A DNA stretch of 64,000 nt from a virus, in IMG/VR virus record IMGVR_UViG_3300007609_000013, positions 1-64,000 of that record; one strand, 5' to 3'. The position numbers were made by a program, and so were the translations under genes. Below the pieces are notes generated by a model, which was not told where the DNA came from, did no database searches, and saw nothing but the letters and a program-made list of their open reading frames with translations. This document shows positions 39,237 to 49,733 of this stretch, piece after piece (position 1 is the first letter of the stretch; every line of letters starts with the position of its first letter).

Positions 39237-40041
39237 TCTTCATTGTCCGCCAAATCAAGACAGCAAAGCATATTTTATTTTTGATGCTATCAGCAACTGT
39301 TATGAGACTCGAAGAAAGAAAACACGAGTACTAGACAAAAATGCTGTACAGGTGTTTTGGGGTTTGGCAAACGGTAACAGTCAAGCAATTTATCATTGCG
39401 AAATGCAGAAAATACCATATATTTTTGTAGACATGCCCTACACTCACAGATGGACCAAGCATGATATTGATTGGAGTATGCAAAATGCACTATGGAGAAT
39501 TGTGCCTAACAACATACACATTACAAAATCACAAGAGTTTGACAATCAAAGATACAAAGACCTCAACATTCAAACAAAAGATTGGAACACACAAGGTTCA
39601 AAAATATTAATTTGTCCTAGCAGCTATGCACTAACAAGACACATTACTGGATTGAGTGACAGTCACTGGGCCGACAGCGTGGCTGCAAAATGCAGAGAAT
39701 TGTATCCAGACTTGATCACTATGATAAGATACAAACCACGTGCCAACGGCACCAGTGGTCCTGATGTAGAACCTATTGACTTTACAAATTGTTTTGCTAC
39801 CGTAACACTTGCAAGCATGGTTGGTGTAGAAGGCACTTTGCAAGGAATACCAAATCTAATTACTGCTAGCGGAGTAAGTCCTGCAGAAGATGTGAGCACT
39901 ATGTTGGGTGATCCATTGGTGTATCCTGCAAGACAACAATGGATCAACACGCTGGCAAACTATCAGTATAGTTTAGATGAAATAAAAAATAATAAGATAG
40001 GACATATAATAGAAAATGTTGTACGCATACATAACAGGTAA
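39226..40041 (+). CDS. KpsS-like glycosyltransferase paralog
   Basis: ILICPSS, RYKP, VT.AS..GVE..L.GIP, QYSLDEI. Confidence 0.55.
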   Translation: MLLDLHCPPNQDSKAYFIFDAISNCYETRRKKTRVLDKNAVQVFWGLANGNSQAIYHCEMQKIPYIFVDMPYTHRWTKHDIDWSMQNALWRIVPNNIHITKSQEFDNQRYKDLNIQTKDWNTQGSKILICPSSYALTRHITGLSDSHWADSVAAKCRELYPDLITMIRYKPRANGTSGPDVEPIDFTNCFATVTLASMVGVEGTLQGIPNLITASGVSPAEDVSTMLGDPLVYPARQQWINTLANYQYSLDEIKNNKIGHIIENVVRIHNR

Positions 40042-40867
40042 GCCCACACAAGATCTTACCGTACAAAGTTTTGCAAGAGGGTGCGGCGCACAAGTTTTGC
40101 ATATCAAGCATTATGAACGCAACGGATTTAATCCCAAGTGTACAGGAGTGATTTTTGCTGGAATACTGCGTGGCAATGCCCAGTTATATCAGCATGCAAG
40201 AGCACAAGGAATTGACACTTATATGATAGATCACGCATACCTAGGTGGCGGCACATATGAACCTCCGTACTGGATGCGTATAACCAAAAACGGATTTGTT
40301 CAAAACAAAATTGTAGATGATATTGATCAAAAAAGATACAAAAGGTATTTTAAAAAAAATCTTCAGCCGTGGAACTTCAAAGACAAAAAGAAAATTTACA
40401 TATTACCCCCGACTCAAGCAGTACAATATGCCATAGGTGCACAGAAATGGTTGAGCAAAACCGTCAGCAGTCTCAAAACACAAACTGAAGACACTAGACT
40501 ACAGTTGGTAGTAAGTGAAAAACCAAATCAGCCTGTGGTAAATCAGCAAACTGGCAAAATCACAGGAAGAACTCCTAAAAAGAAAAAAGCAGAAAACTGG
40601 AATCAACTATTAGACGAAGCCTATTGTGTGGTTGCTTTCAACAGCAATCTTGCAATCACTGCACTAGAAAAAGGAGTTCCGGTGATAACAACAAAATTTT
40701 GCCCAGCATATCCTCTCAGCAACAATGTAAAAAGTATATTGGATCTACAGTGTTTTCATCGCCAGGAGTTGTTTGAAAGTCTAAGCATGGGACAGTTTAA
40801 CATATACGAAATGCGCAACGGCTATGCATACAAAATGTTACAACAAATGGATCAAGTGCATGAATAA
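40016..40867 (+). CDS. KpsS-like glycosyltransferase paralog
   Basis: GILRG, IDHAY, EKP, VVAFNS..AI.AL..GVPV, QF...EM..G. Confidence 0.55.
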   Translation: MLYAYITGKPTQDLTVQSFARGCGAQVLHIKHYERNGFNPKCTGVIFAGILRGNAQLYQHARAQGIDTYMIDHAYLGGGTYEPPYWMRITKNGFVQNKIVDDIDQKRYKRYFKKNLQPWNFKDKKKIYILPPTQAVQYAIGAQKWLSKTVSSLKTQTEDTRLQLVVSEKPNQPVVNQQTGKITGRTPKKKKAENWNQLLDEAYCVVAFNSNLAITALEKGVPVITTKFCPAYPLSNNVKSILDLQCFHRQELFESLSMGQFNIYEMRNGYAYKMLQQMDQVHE

Positions 40868-41957
40868 AATAAAATTATTTGCTCCGATGAGTAGTAAGGC
40901 TGTTGCGGGCATGCAATCGTGGCTGGATAACAACTCACATGTGGTTGGCTTTGAAATGTACACATCTTCGAGAATAGCAAACAATATTATACAAAACGAT
41001 TGTTTTTTAACCCTAACCGAATGGCAATATTTTCTTGAATGTGACGCTGTGGTATTGTTTGGAACATGGGGTAGCACGCACCCAGACCGACAACTTACAC
41101 CTAATTCAACACTAGACCTATCTTGTGTAAAAAGACAAGCCTATTTGGAATACATCAACAGAAACATGGTGGATCTTTGCAAAAAGTATCATAAACCAAT
41201 CATTGTTATAGAAACTGCTACCTACAGCAGAACAAGGGCAAATCATCTAGATGAATGGCATCTCAAAGGTGTTAAGCCGAGGTATTATAGGATGGGCATA
41301 AATCACTGGACCTGGAGTAGAACCACATGGTGCGATGCATCCATGGACGAAGGCAACAGAGACCTAATTTTTTACAATAAGTTTGAAGAGTATGCAAAAA
41401 AACCTTTTCCTATAAACAGACGCAGATGGCGACACAATCTCAAAGGTGATGTATACATTGTTGCCGGCCTTGAGCATGATCCGACCAGCAACGAATCTAT
41501 AGATCGATGGATACAAAAAAGCATTAGAAAAATTCAACAGCATTCTACTAGAAAAATTATTGTGAGATCGCATCCGCTCAGCAGTCTTGACTATGAAGAA
41601 ATTCTCAAAGACTTTGATTCAAAAAAAGTAAGTTATATCCCCGAAGAAAAACAGCAGACTATCAAAGATGACAGCAAAAAAATGTATTGCGCTGTGGTAG
41701 ACAGCAGTACCAGCGTGTTTGAACTGTTAGATTTAGGAATTCCTGTTTTTTGTACTGAACACAGTTTTGCTGCACCTTTTGGCAACACTGATTTATCAAA
41801 AATCGAAAAGCCTGTTCTCAAAGACAAAAAATTCTACTCGCAATGGGTGCAACAAATGTGTTACACTGAGTTTTCTTTTGGTGAGTTCACAGAAGGGCAA
41901 ATTTTTAAATATATAAGAAAATTACTGGATAAGTATCACACAATAGGAATCAATTAA
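40860..41957 (+). CDS. KpsS-like glycosyltransferase paralog
   Basis: RSHP, SSTS..E....GIPVF, TEFS..E...G. Confidence 0.55.
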   Translation: MNKIKLFAPMSSKAVAGMQSWLDNNSHVVGFEMYTSSRIANNIIQNDCFLTLTEWQYFLECDAVVLFGTWGSTHPDRQLTPNSTLDLSCVKRQAYLEYINRNMVDLCKKYHKPIIVIETATYSRTRANHLDEWHLKGVKPRYYRMGINHWTWSRTTWCDASMDEGNRDLIFYNKFEEYAKKPFPINRRRWRHNLKGDVYIVAGLEHDPTSNESIDRWIQKSIRKIQQHSTRKIIVRSHPLSSLDYEEILKDFDSKKVSYIPEEKQQTIKDDSKKMYCAVVDSSTSVFELLDLGIPVFCTEHSFAAPFGNTDLSKIEKPVLKDKKFYSQWVQQMCYTEFSFGEFTEGQIFKYIRKLLDKYHTIGIN

Positions 41958-43126
41958 TGTATAGTTTAGCACACGACACCTGGGATCAGCGCGAAGTTGA
42001 TGCTCTACAAAAAGTAATATCCAGCGGTAGGTATACCATGGGCCCACAAGTAAAAGAATTCGAGCAACAGTTTGCCAAATATGTGGGCTCAAAACATGCA
42101 ATTATGACCAACAGTGGTAGCAGTGCAAATCTGGTTGCACTCACGGCCTTGGTTCAAAATCCACGTTATGACTTATCGCCTGGTGATGAAGTGATTGTAC
42201 CTAGTGTAAGCTGGAGCACTACGTATTTTCCTGTGCATCAAAACGGGCTTGTGTTAAAATTTGTTGATGTAGACAGATCTTCACTTAATCTGAATATTGA
42301 TCTTGTAAAAAACGCCATCACAGAAAAAACCAAAGCAATTTTTGCTGTAAACCTATTAGGCAACAGTTGCGAATTGCAACTGCTCAAAAACATCTGTGAA
42401 CAACATAATCTGGTGTTAATTGAAGATAATTGCGAAAGTTTTGGCGCTATGCACGATGACAAATATTGTGGAACTTGGGGTGCTGCCGGTACTTTTAGTT
42501 TTTTCTTCAGTCATCACTTGCAAACAATGGAAGGAGGAATGGTAGTAACCAACGACAGCGATCTTGCAGATTATATGCGAAGTATTCGAGCTCACGGTTG
42601 GGTAAGAGACTTGTCTCCTCAAAATAGTTTGTATGAGCACACAGGCAACAGTTTTGAAGACAGTTTCCGGTTTGTTCTTCCAGGATATTGTGTTCGCCCA
42701 CTTGAAATGAGCGGCGCAGTTGGAAAAGTACAGTTGGAAAAATCCATAGAAATGTTGTCCCAGCGCAACGCTAACGCGATGGCGTATCACGAGCTGTTTG
42801 ACGACTTTGATGTAGTACAAACTCAAACGCCTACTATACCTGGACAGCACAGCTATTTTGGTTTTAGTCTTATACTACAAAATCAACTTGCTGGTCGCAG
42901 AGAGGAAGTTGTCGAACTATTCAAACATCACGGTATCGAGTGCCGTCCTATTGTGGCTGGCAACTTTGTGCGCAATCCTGTGATCAATAGACTCAATCAT
43001 ATTCGAGAAGATCAATATCCTGTTGCTGATGATATCCACGACAACGGATTCTTCTTGGGCAATGATAATCGTGTGCTGGTTGAAAGTTTATGCAAAGTAA
43101 AAGAACTATTAGAGAGTTTGGTATGA
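41957..43126 (+). CDS. colD: GDP-4-keto-6-deoxy-D-mannose 3-dehydratase (PLP-dependent)
   Basis: DegT fold with His in place of the catalytic Lys (FSHHLQTMEGG); SGSSANL, VSWSTTY.P, EDNCES, RAHGW.R.L, FVLPGY.VRPLEMSGA, IECRPIV. Confidence 0.85.
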   Translation: MYSLAHDTWDQREVDALQKVISSGRYTMGPQVKEFEQQFAKYVGSKHAIMTNSGSSANLVALTALVQNPRYDLSPGDEVIVPSVSWSTTYFPVHQNGLVLKFVDVDRSSLNLNIDLVKNAITEKTKAIFAVNLLGNSCELQLLKNICEQHNLVLIEDNCESFGAMHDDKYCGTWGAAGTFSFFFSHHLQTMEGGMVVTNDSDLADYMRSIRAHGWVRDLSPQNSLYEHTGNSFEDSFRFVLPGYCVRPLEMSGAVGKVQLEKSIEMLSQRNANAMAYHELFDDFDVVQTQTPTIPGQHSYFGFSLILQNQLAGRREEVVELFKHHGIECRPIVAGNFVRNPVINRLNHIREDQYPVADDIHDNGFFLGNDNRVLVESLCKVKELLESLV

Positions 43127-44094
43127 CCACAGCAGTAATCACAGGATTTCCAGGACAAGATGCATGTTATCTTGCAGATTTTTTGCTGCAAAAAAATTAT
43201 ACTGTTGTAGGTGTAATCAAACGTTACAGTGTGCCTAATCTTTCTAACCTAGAATTTTTCAAACTTCAGCAACGTGGTCTAATATTAGAAACAGGTGATG
43301 TCACTGATGTTGGCAGTTTGTTTGATATTGTTGAGCAGTACCAGCCAGATGAGTTTTATAATCTTGCCGCACAGAGTTATGTAGGAGGCAGCTGGCGACT
43401 AGCACACACAACCACAGATGTAGATGCTATTGGTCCATTAAACTGCTTAGAAGCTGTTCGTAGAATTAAACCAGACTGTAGATTTTATCAAGCAGGCACC
43501 AGCGAAATGTTTGGCAACAGCCACAACAATGGATGGCAAAGAGAAAACACAAACATGATGCCACGCAGTCCTTATGGAGTTGCTAAACTCTATGGCTATC
43601 ACATCACACGAAACATGAGAGAAAGCTATGATATGTTTGCATGCAGTGGTGTTTTGTTTAATCATGAGTCGCCCATTAGAGGAATAGAGTTTGTGACTAG
43701 AAAAGTCACCGACGGAGTTGCACAGATTGTGACAGGCAAAGCAGATAATATTGAACTTGGCAATCTCGATGCAGAAAGAGATTGGGGCTTTGCCGGAGAC
43801 TTTGTGGAGGCTATGTGGATGATGTTGCAAGCTGAAACTCCAGTTGACTATGTGTGTGCCACCGGCGAAACACATTCAGTTCAAAAGTTATGCGAAACGG
43901 CTTTTGCCGCTGCAGGAATTAACAATTGGCAAAAGTATGTTGTGTCCACAGATAGATACAAACGTCCAGCAGAGCTGAATTATCTCAGAGGGGATAGCAC
44001 CAAACTAAGAGAAGAACTTGGCTGGCAACCCAGAGTAAATTTTGACACTCTTGTTGCTATGATGATAGAAGAAGACATTGCTAGGCACCAATGA
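43123..44094 (+). CDS. gmd: GDP-mannose 4,6-dehydratase
   Basis: TG..GQD..YLA, YNLAAQS.V, QA.TSEMFG, PRSPYGVAK, FNHESP.RG..FVTRK, RDWG.A.D. Confidence 0.95.
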   Translation: MTTAVITGFPGQDACYLADFLLQKNYTVVGVIKRYSVPNLSNLEFFKLQQRGLILETGDVTDVGSLFDIVEQYQPDEFYNLAAQSYVGGSWRLAHTTTDVDAIGPLNCLEAVRRIKPDCRFYQAGTSEMFGNSHNNGWQRENTNMMPRSPYGVAKLYGYHITRNMRESYDMFACSGVLFNHESPIRGIEFVTRKVTDGVAQIVTGKADNIELGNLDAERDWGFAGDFVEAMWMMLQAETPVDYVCATGETHSVQKLCETAFAAAGINNWQKYVVSTDRYKRPAELNYLRGDSTKLREELGWQPRVNFDTLVAMMIEEDIARHQ

Positions 44095-44630
44095 AAATTT
44101 ACATCACAGGACACACCAGCGGACTAGGGCTAGCATTGTACAAATGGCTACCGCTCAGCGGACACGAAGTTGCAGGACTTAGCAGAACAAATGGTTATGA
44201 TCTCAACAAGTTTTTGCCAGTGTATGATGATTTTGACGTTTACATAAACAATGCGTATGTAGGCTATCGACAGATTGATCTGTTGTATGCTCTCTTTGAA
44301 AAAAATCAACACAGAAAGTGCCAAATTGTCAACATTGGCAGTGTAAGCGCCGATGGTAATTATGATAGAGTAAACGAATATGCAGTACACAAAGCTGCTC
44401 TTGACAAAGCATGTATGCAATTGCAACTCATAGACAGCGAGTGCAAAGTAGTGCAGGTAAAACTAGGTAGAATGGATACACCTTTGGTTGCCGACAAAGT
44501 TAACATGCCAAAAATCAATCCAGAATTTGTAGCTCAGTATATTACTAGCAATGTAATTAATGTACCAAAAAACATTCTAGTGAAAAATCTTACTTTAGAC
44601 ATAATGCACAGTCGGAGACCAACACAATGA
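44091..44630 (+). CDS. short-chain dehydrogenase/reductase
   Basis: ITG.TSGLG, INNA, NIGS, YAVHK. Confidence 0.8.
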   Translation: MKIYITGHTSGLGLALYKWLPLSGHEVAGLSRTNGYDLNKFLPVYDDFDVYINNAYVGYRQIDLLYALFEKNQHRKCQIVNIGSVSADGNYDRVNEYAVHKAALDKACMQLQLIDSECKVVQVKLGRMDTPLVADKVNMPKINPEFVAQYITSNVINVPKNILVKNLTLDIMHSRRPTQ

Positions 44631-45247
44631 CAAAAGCACTGAAAAAAGCATTTAATATAAGTCAATGGAACTCTTTAAAGTTAAACTATTGGGGTATACC
44701 CAAATGCGGAAATACCAGTGTTAAATATGCATTGTTAAAAACAATTAATAAAACACATCAAGATACCAGCGAAACACATCAATGGGTACATGGGCTTGAT
44801 CATGCAGAGTATATCAGCAGGGAAACAGCATTAAGCAATGGGTATAACAATTTTGCAACAATACGAAATCCATACGATCGTGTAAAAAGTTTATACAAAG
44901 ATTTTGGAATACGCAGGGCCGATATTAAAATCATGCCCGGTGTTGACAGTGGAAAACTACAGAATTTAGATTATTTTTTAAAACATTATATTCAGCAAAG
45001 CACCGATGCCAACAATATTCATCTTAGAAGTTTGTCTTATTTTTTAATAAAAGACAATAAACTTCTAATTGATAATGTTGTAGATATCAATCAAGTGGAT
45101 ATTTTCCTATCTAAATATAAAATTGATGTACCTACCTTAAATACCACTCAAGACATTGATATTGAATTCACAGATCAACAAAAGTATCTAATTTACACTA
45201 GATATCAACAAGATTTTGAAATATTTGGATACAACAAATGCTTCTAG
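44627..45247 (+). CDS. sulfotransferase family 2
   Basis: IPKCGNTS (5'-PSB), RNPYDR..S.Y (3'-PB), Y..DF..FGY. Confidence 0.85.
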   Translation: MTKALKKAFNISQWNSLKLNYWGIPKCGNTSVKYALLKTINKTHQDTSETHQWVHGLDHAEYISRETALSNGYNNFATIRNPYDRVKSLYKDFGIRRADIKIMPGVDSGKLQNLDYFLKHYIQQSTDANNIHLRSLSYFLIKDNKLLIDNVVDINQVDIFLSKYKIDVPTLNTTQDIDIEFTDQQKYLIYTRYQQDFEIFGYNKCF

Positions 45248-45819
45248 CAGATCAAACTCTTAAAATTTTACTCAACGAATATAATTTTAACACTGTACTA
45301 GATATAGGATGCGGTCCTGGAAAGCACAGCAATAGATTGCGTGCCGCTGGAAAAAATGTAACCAGCACTGATTTTACTGCAAGGTTTGAAGGGGTAGTAG
45401 AAGGAGACTATGCTAGTTTAAAATTTCAACCACACGACGCTATATGGTGTAGTCATGTGTTAGAGCATGTTTTAGACATTCAAAGTTTTCTTTCCAAGCT
45501 AATCAGAGAATGCAAAGAAGGTGGGCCTATTGCAATTACCGTACCACCGCTCAAGCATCAAATAGTAGGAGGGCATGTGAGTCTTTGGAATGCTGGACTG
45601 CTATTGTATAGGTTAGTATTAGCAGGGCTGGACTGTAGAGAAGCCAGAGTAGGATGTTATGGATATAATGTTAGCGTTATAGTTGAAAAGAAAATGATTC
45701 AACAAATGCCATCTATTAGAATGGGCGGTGGCGATATTGAATTATTATCAGATTATTTTCCAATACCAGTAAAACAAGGATTCAACGGCAAAGATATTAG
45801 TCATCGTTGGACTAACTAG
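45238..45819 (+). CDS. class I SAM-dependent methyltransferase
   Basis: VLDIGCG.G, SHVLEH, TVPP. Confidence 0.85.
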   Translation: MLLADQTLKILLNEYNFNTVLDIGCGPGKHSNRLRAAGKNVTSTDFTARFEGVVEGDYASLKFQPHDAIWCSHVLEHVLDIQSFLSKLIRECKEGGPIAITVPPLKHQIVGGHVSLWNAGLLLYRLVLAGLDCREARVGCYGYNVSVIVEKKMIQQMPSIRMGGGDIELLSDYFPIPVKQGFNGKDISHRWTN

Positions 45820-46495
45820 TGTACATGTTAATTACTTCTTTTTTCCACACATCTGAATATTCGCAATCTCTCATGTGCTCGAACCACGGACCGCCTTCGG
45901 TGAGGTGCAGCATTTTTGGCTGTCCGTCGGCGGGCTCATGATAATGTCCGACCAACCAATTCCACTCGTGTGAAATTTCCCCTATCTCACTGTCTTTACA
46001 CCACTCGAATCTATGTAGATACTTGCCTGTTTGAACGTTGACATTTTCTTTGGTTAGATTTTTAACTACACTAGGATGAGCACAGTTCAACAACATCACA
46101 CTGCTCCAATTTTTCCGTGGATAAGGTAATTGTAATTGTCCGTCCATCTTGGTACCTTCAGGTGGATTGTAGTTGTGTTTTGCAACCATCACTGCATATT
46201 GATCATCTGCTTGGTCAAACAGGGTGTTTACATCTTCCAAGCATACCATATCGCAGTCAATGAACAATGCCCATCCTTTGTATCCGGCTAGATAAGGTAC
46301 TAGAAATCGTGTGAATGTAAATTCAGTGCTGGCAAGTTTGTCTGGCTCCCTAAAATAGTGGCCGTGCTTTCGCAAGTCTTGATGTTTGAGTGGTATAAGT
46401 TTAACAGGTTTGCTGGCTCGTCGTTGTATACTGTGTTCGCAGACCTGGTATGCAATGTCTTCTCGGCTGTCCCAGCCTATGTAAATTTTGTTCAT
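45812..46495 (-). CDS. GT8-like glycosyltransferase
   Basis: IYIGWDSRE, STEF.FTRFLVP, FIDCD, RKNWSS, WN.LV, H.T.GGPWF. Confidence 0.8.
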   Translation of the reverse strand: MNKIYIGWDSREDIAYQVCEHSIQRRASKPVKLIPLKHQDLRKHGHYFREPDKLASTEFTFTRFLVPYLAGYKGWALFIDCDMVCLEDVNTLFDQADDQYAVMVAKHNYNPPEGTKMDGQLQLPYPRKNWSSVMLLNCAHPSVVKNLTKENVNVQTGKYLHRFEWCKDSEIGEISHEWNWLVGHYHEPADGQPKMLHLTEGGPWFEHMRDCEYSDVWKKEVINMYTS

Positions 46496-46534
46496 GCGAG
46501 TATTTATTGAGTAAATATACAACGAGAGCATTCT

Positions 46535-47272
46535 ATGACCACATACAAAACTATTTTTATTTCTGACATTCATCTAGGCACAAGAGGTTGTAAAGCAGAT
46601 TTGCTGTGCAAGTTTCTCAAAGAGCATACCTGTGAACAATTGTATCTAGTAGGCGACATCATCGACGGTTGGCGCATGAAAAAGAGTTGGTACTGGCCAC
46701 AAAGTCATACCAACGTTGTAAGACGCATCCTCACAGCAGCCAAGCGCGGCACAGAAGTACACTATGTGTTGGGCAACCACGACGAAGATCTGCGTAGATT
46801 CTTACCATTTGATATATCATTTGGCAGGATCGAAATCAGCAATCGCCGAGACTATATAGGTGTTGACGGAAAAAAGTATCTTGTGATACACGGAGATCAA
46901 TTTGATACGGTGATGACTAAACACAAGTGGATGATGTTTTTTGGTGATAATTTATACAACACTCTTATATGGACTAACACCAAACTTAACCATATTCGCG
47001 GATTGCTAGGCATGGACTATTGGAGTTTGAGCCAGTATCTCAAAAGCCGCACCAAACAAGCACTGAACTTTATCTACAAGTTTGAAGAACACTTGGCATT
47101 GTATTGTCATAAAAAGGGCTACAACGGCGTGATATGTGGACATATTCATACACCTTGTATTAAAGACATAAGTGGTATTGCATACATGAACGACGGCGAC
47201 TGGGTGGAAAGCTGTAGTGCTCTAGTAGAACATCATGATGGTACATGGGAATTAATAAGGTACACAAAATGA
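46535..47272 (+). CDS. calcineurin-like metallophosphoesterase (LpxH2-like)
   Basis: SDIHLG, GDIIDGW, GNHD, HGD, GHIH, NDGDWVE. Confidence 0.85.
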   Translation: MTTYKTIFISDIHLGTRGCKADLLCKFLKEHTCEQLYLVGDIIDGWRMKKSWYWPQSHTNVVRRILTAAKRGTEVHYVLGNHDEDLRRFLPFDISFGRIEISNRRDYIGVDGKKYLVIHGDQFDTVMTKHKWMMFFGDNLYNTLIWTNTKLNHIRGLLGMDYWSLSQYLKSRTKQALNFIYKFEEHLALYCHKKGYNGVICGHIHTPCIKDISGIAYMNDGDWVESCSALVEHHDGTWELIRYTK

Positions 47273-48045
47273 AAATAATTCTAGTCTCTGGCGGATTTGA
47301 TCCGTTGCACAGTGGTCACATCAAATACTTTCAAGCCGCAAAAGCACTAGGGGACAGGCTAGTAGTCGGTGTAAACAGCGATGCATGGCTTGAAAGGAAA
47401 AAAGGCCGTGCGTTTATGCCCGTAAAAGAACGTGCAGAAATTATTCGAAATTTAAGATGTGTTGATGCAGTAGTTGCATTTGACAATGAATATGATGTAG
47501 ACGGAACTTGTAAACAGTTTGTAAAAGACAGTTGTCGAAACTACGAGGAAGACGAAGTAGTATTCGCTAACGGTGGTGATAGAACAGAAATCAACATCCC
47601 AGAAATGAATGTATCAGCAGAAAATTTAAGTTTTGAATTTGGCGTAGGCGGAGAAGACAAAGTCAACAGCAGTAGTTGGATACTGTCTAATTGGAAAGCA
47701 CCCAAGACAAAACGTCCGTGGGGGTACTACAGAGTGTTGCACGAAGACAGTGGTGTAAAAGTCAAAGAGCTTTCTGTAGAACCAGGCAAGCAACTGAGCA
47801 TGCAAAAACATTTTCATCGCAGTGAATATTGGCTAGTAAGTGAAGGCGAAGCAACCATTGAATATCAGCAAAATGCCAAATGGACTACCGAAATAGCCAC
47901 CAAAAAAAACAAGTTCGAAGATATCAAAATACCTGTGGGCACTTGGCATAGGCTGAGCAATCACACCGAACACCCTTTAAAAATTATAGAAATACAGTAT
48001 GGTGATATCTGCGAAGAATCGGATATAGTTAGACGCAATGATTAA
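47269..48045 (+). CDS. HIGH-type nucleotidyltransferase fused to a mannose-6-P-isomerase-like cupin
   Basis: GGFDPLHSGH, GVNSD, FANGGDR; RPWG, LSMQKH.HRSE.W, WHRL.N, IEIQ.G...E.DI.R. Confidence 0.85.
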   Translation: MKIILVSGGFDPLHSGHIKYFQAAKALGDRLVVGVNSDAWLERKKGRAFMPVKERAEIIRNLRCVDAVVAFDNEYDVDGTCKQFVKDSCRNYEEDEVVFANGGDRTEINIPEMNVSAENLSFEFGVGGEDKVNSSSWILSNWKAPKTKRPWGYYRVLHEDSGVKVKELSVEPGKQLSMQKHFHRSEYWLVSEGEATIEYQQNAKWTTEIATKKNKFEDIKIPVGTWHRLSNHTEHPLKIIEIQYGDICEESDIVRRND

Positions 48046-48733
48046 TTTTGCTGTGGTGTGTGTTGGCAAGAAATACAGCACAGACTATGTGGTAAAAATG
48101 CGAAACATGATAGAAAGAAATTGCACTCTACCGCATCAATTTCACGTGTTTACAGATCAAGCATTTGCCTACAAAGATTGTGTGGTTCACCTTGTTCCAG
48201 AATTGCCAGTAGAAAAAACTGACCTTAAAGGCTGGTGGTATAAAATTTATCTATTCGATCAGCACAATGGTTTGTCAGGCAAGGTTTTTTATCTAGATCT
48301 AGACTGTGTTATTATCGACAACATAGATCATCTCATTGAAGCAGATGATGAATTCTACATCTGCCAAGATTTCAATCGACACAGAATACCTCATATTAAA
48401 TTGGTCAACAGCAGTGTAATGCAGTGGACTGTGAGTGCAAGCACACACAAAATCTGGCAACAATGGCAGGAAAGATCTAGTCTTTATGTAAAAAAACACA
48501 GAGGAGATCAAGATTATCTGGCCAATGAATGTCCATGGATCACATTTAAATTTAATAATGCACAATCAATAGTCAGCTACAAATGGGAAGTTTGCAACAA
48601 TCGCCACAACAAGTTAAGTGAACTAGAATATAATGCTCTGTATCAACCACAGCATTCTATTTTGGTTTTTCATGGTAAGCCTGATCCTCATGAAGTTAAT
48701 AGCGATGCAATAATAAAAAATGCATGGAGATAA
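48038..48733 (+). CDS. GT-A glycosyltransferase
   Basis: KYS..YV, GWW.K..LF, YLDLD, NSSVM, GDQD, FHGKPDP. Confidence 0.75.
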   Translation: MINFAVVCVGKKYSTDYVVKMRNMIERNCTLPHQFHVFTDQAFAYKDCVVHLVPELPVEKTDLKGWWYKIYLFDQHNGLSGKVFYLDLDCVIIDNIDHLIEADDEFYICQDFNRHRIPHIKLVNSSVMQWTVSASTHKIWQQWQERSSLYVKKHRGDQDYLANECPWITFKFNNAQSIVSYKWEVCNNRHNKLSELEYNALYQPQHSILVFHGKPDPHEVNSDAIIKNAWR

Positions 48734-48774
48734 AAATGAGATCAACGTTTTCAAAAATAGAACAGTTTAAAAAT

Positions 48775-49719
48775 CTATCTCTTTGTACCTACTAGCAATT
48801 GCAATTCTTGGTCTAATTTCTGCACAATAGTATTTGGCAAATCAAGTGCAGCCCGTTGATTGTACTCTGGGTAGGGATCTATAGGGTTGGGATTTAGTGC
48901 TAGGGCCAGCTGAAATCTTTCGTCATTTTCTGCTTTGTCAAATGCTGTGTCCAGGTAGTCCACATTGAATCCATAGTACTGTAGATGTTTACAATAATTT
49001 TTTTGACACAATGGAACCACGGCCTGTTTTGCCAAAAATGGCTGTATGGTTTTTTCTGTGATAAAACTATAAGGATCAAAATAACTGGTTTCAACTAGGT
49101 AGTTCGTGGATGCTTGTTGATAATTTTTCACAAGACTGATAAAGTTGTGTACATTAACATCTCTGTCCGTTGTTTGGCTGCACCAATAATTATTGTATTC
49201 TATTCCTGGGTACTTGGGTTCTATGCCCACTTGTTGTAAGCTAATATTGAGATTGGCAAAACCTTCCTTGATTAGGTAGTTGTATATTAAAATTCTATGA
49301 TGTCGCCGTTGCCGCATCAAGCACAATTTTTCGTCATTGGATCTATCTGGGTTTTCGAAATAATGCAAGTACAGGTGTTTGTTTTCTCTAAAAGCACATG
49401 CATTGCCGTGCAAAACATGATTATGGTAGATCATATTGAGATGTGGGTAAAATTCTGGCATTTTCCAGTGTGGCACATAAAAATAATATCTATGTATGTC
49501 TGGAATATTTTGTTGGTACCACTCTATTTCCAAGCATGTAGAATCTTTCCATGTGAGATTGTCTTGAAATACTATGTGTTTGGTTTTTTTATCTGCAGGA
49601 AATTTGTTTTCCAAAGGCCACATTTCCCTATCAAAAGGAAATCCTAGAGGAGCGAAATCAATGTAAATGTTCGTACCAAAATATTTTTCAATAATTTGTT
49701 GTGTGTGTTCGTTGTGCAT
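48775..49719 (-). CDS. hypothetical protein, glycosyltransferase-like C-terminus
   Basis: LVET...FITEKT..P......L...GF; start taken at MHNEH. Confidence 0.6.
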   Translation of the reverse strand: MHNEHTQQIIEKYFGTNIYIDFAPLGFPFDREMWPLENKFPADKKTKHIVFQDNLTWKDSTCLEIEWYQQNIPDIHRYYFYVPHWKMPEFYPHLNMIYHNHVLHGNACAFRENKHLYLHYFENPDRSNDEKLCLMRQRRHHRILIYNYLIKEGFANLNISLQQVGIEPKYPGIEYNNYWCSQTTDRDVNVHNFISLVKNYQQASTNYLVETSYFDPYSFITEKTIQPFLAKQAVVPLCQKNYCKHLQYYGFNVDYLDTAFDKAENDERFQLALALNPNPIDPYPEYNQRAALDLPNTIVQKLDQELQLLVGTKR

Positions 49720-49733
49720 CGGTAAATATTTAT

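Noticed and set aside
46535-47272. True lpxH lipid A enzyme
   Set aside because: It has GNHD rather than the GNRD of LpxH and no other lipid A genes are present; kept as a generic metallophosphoesterase.
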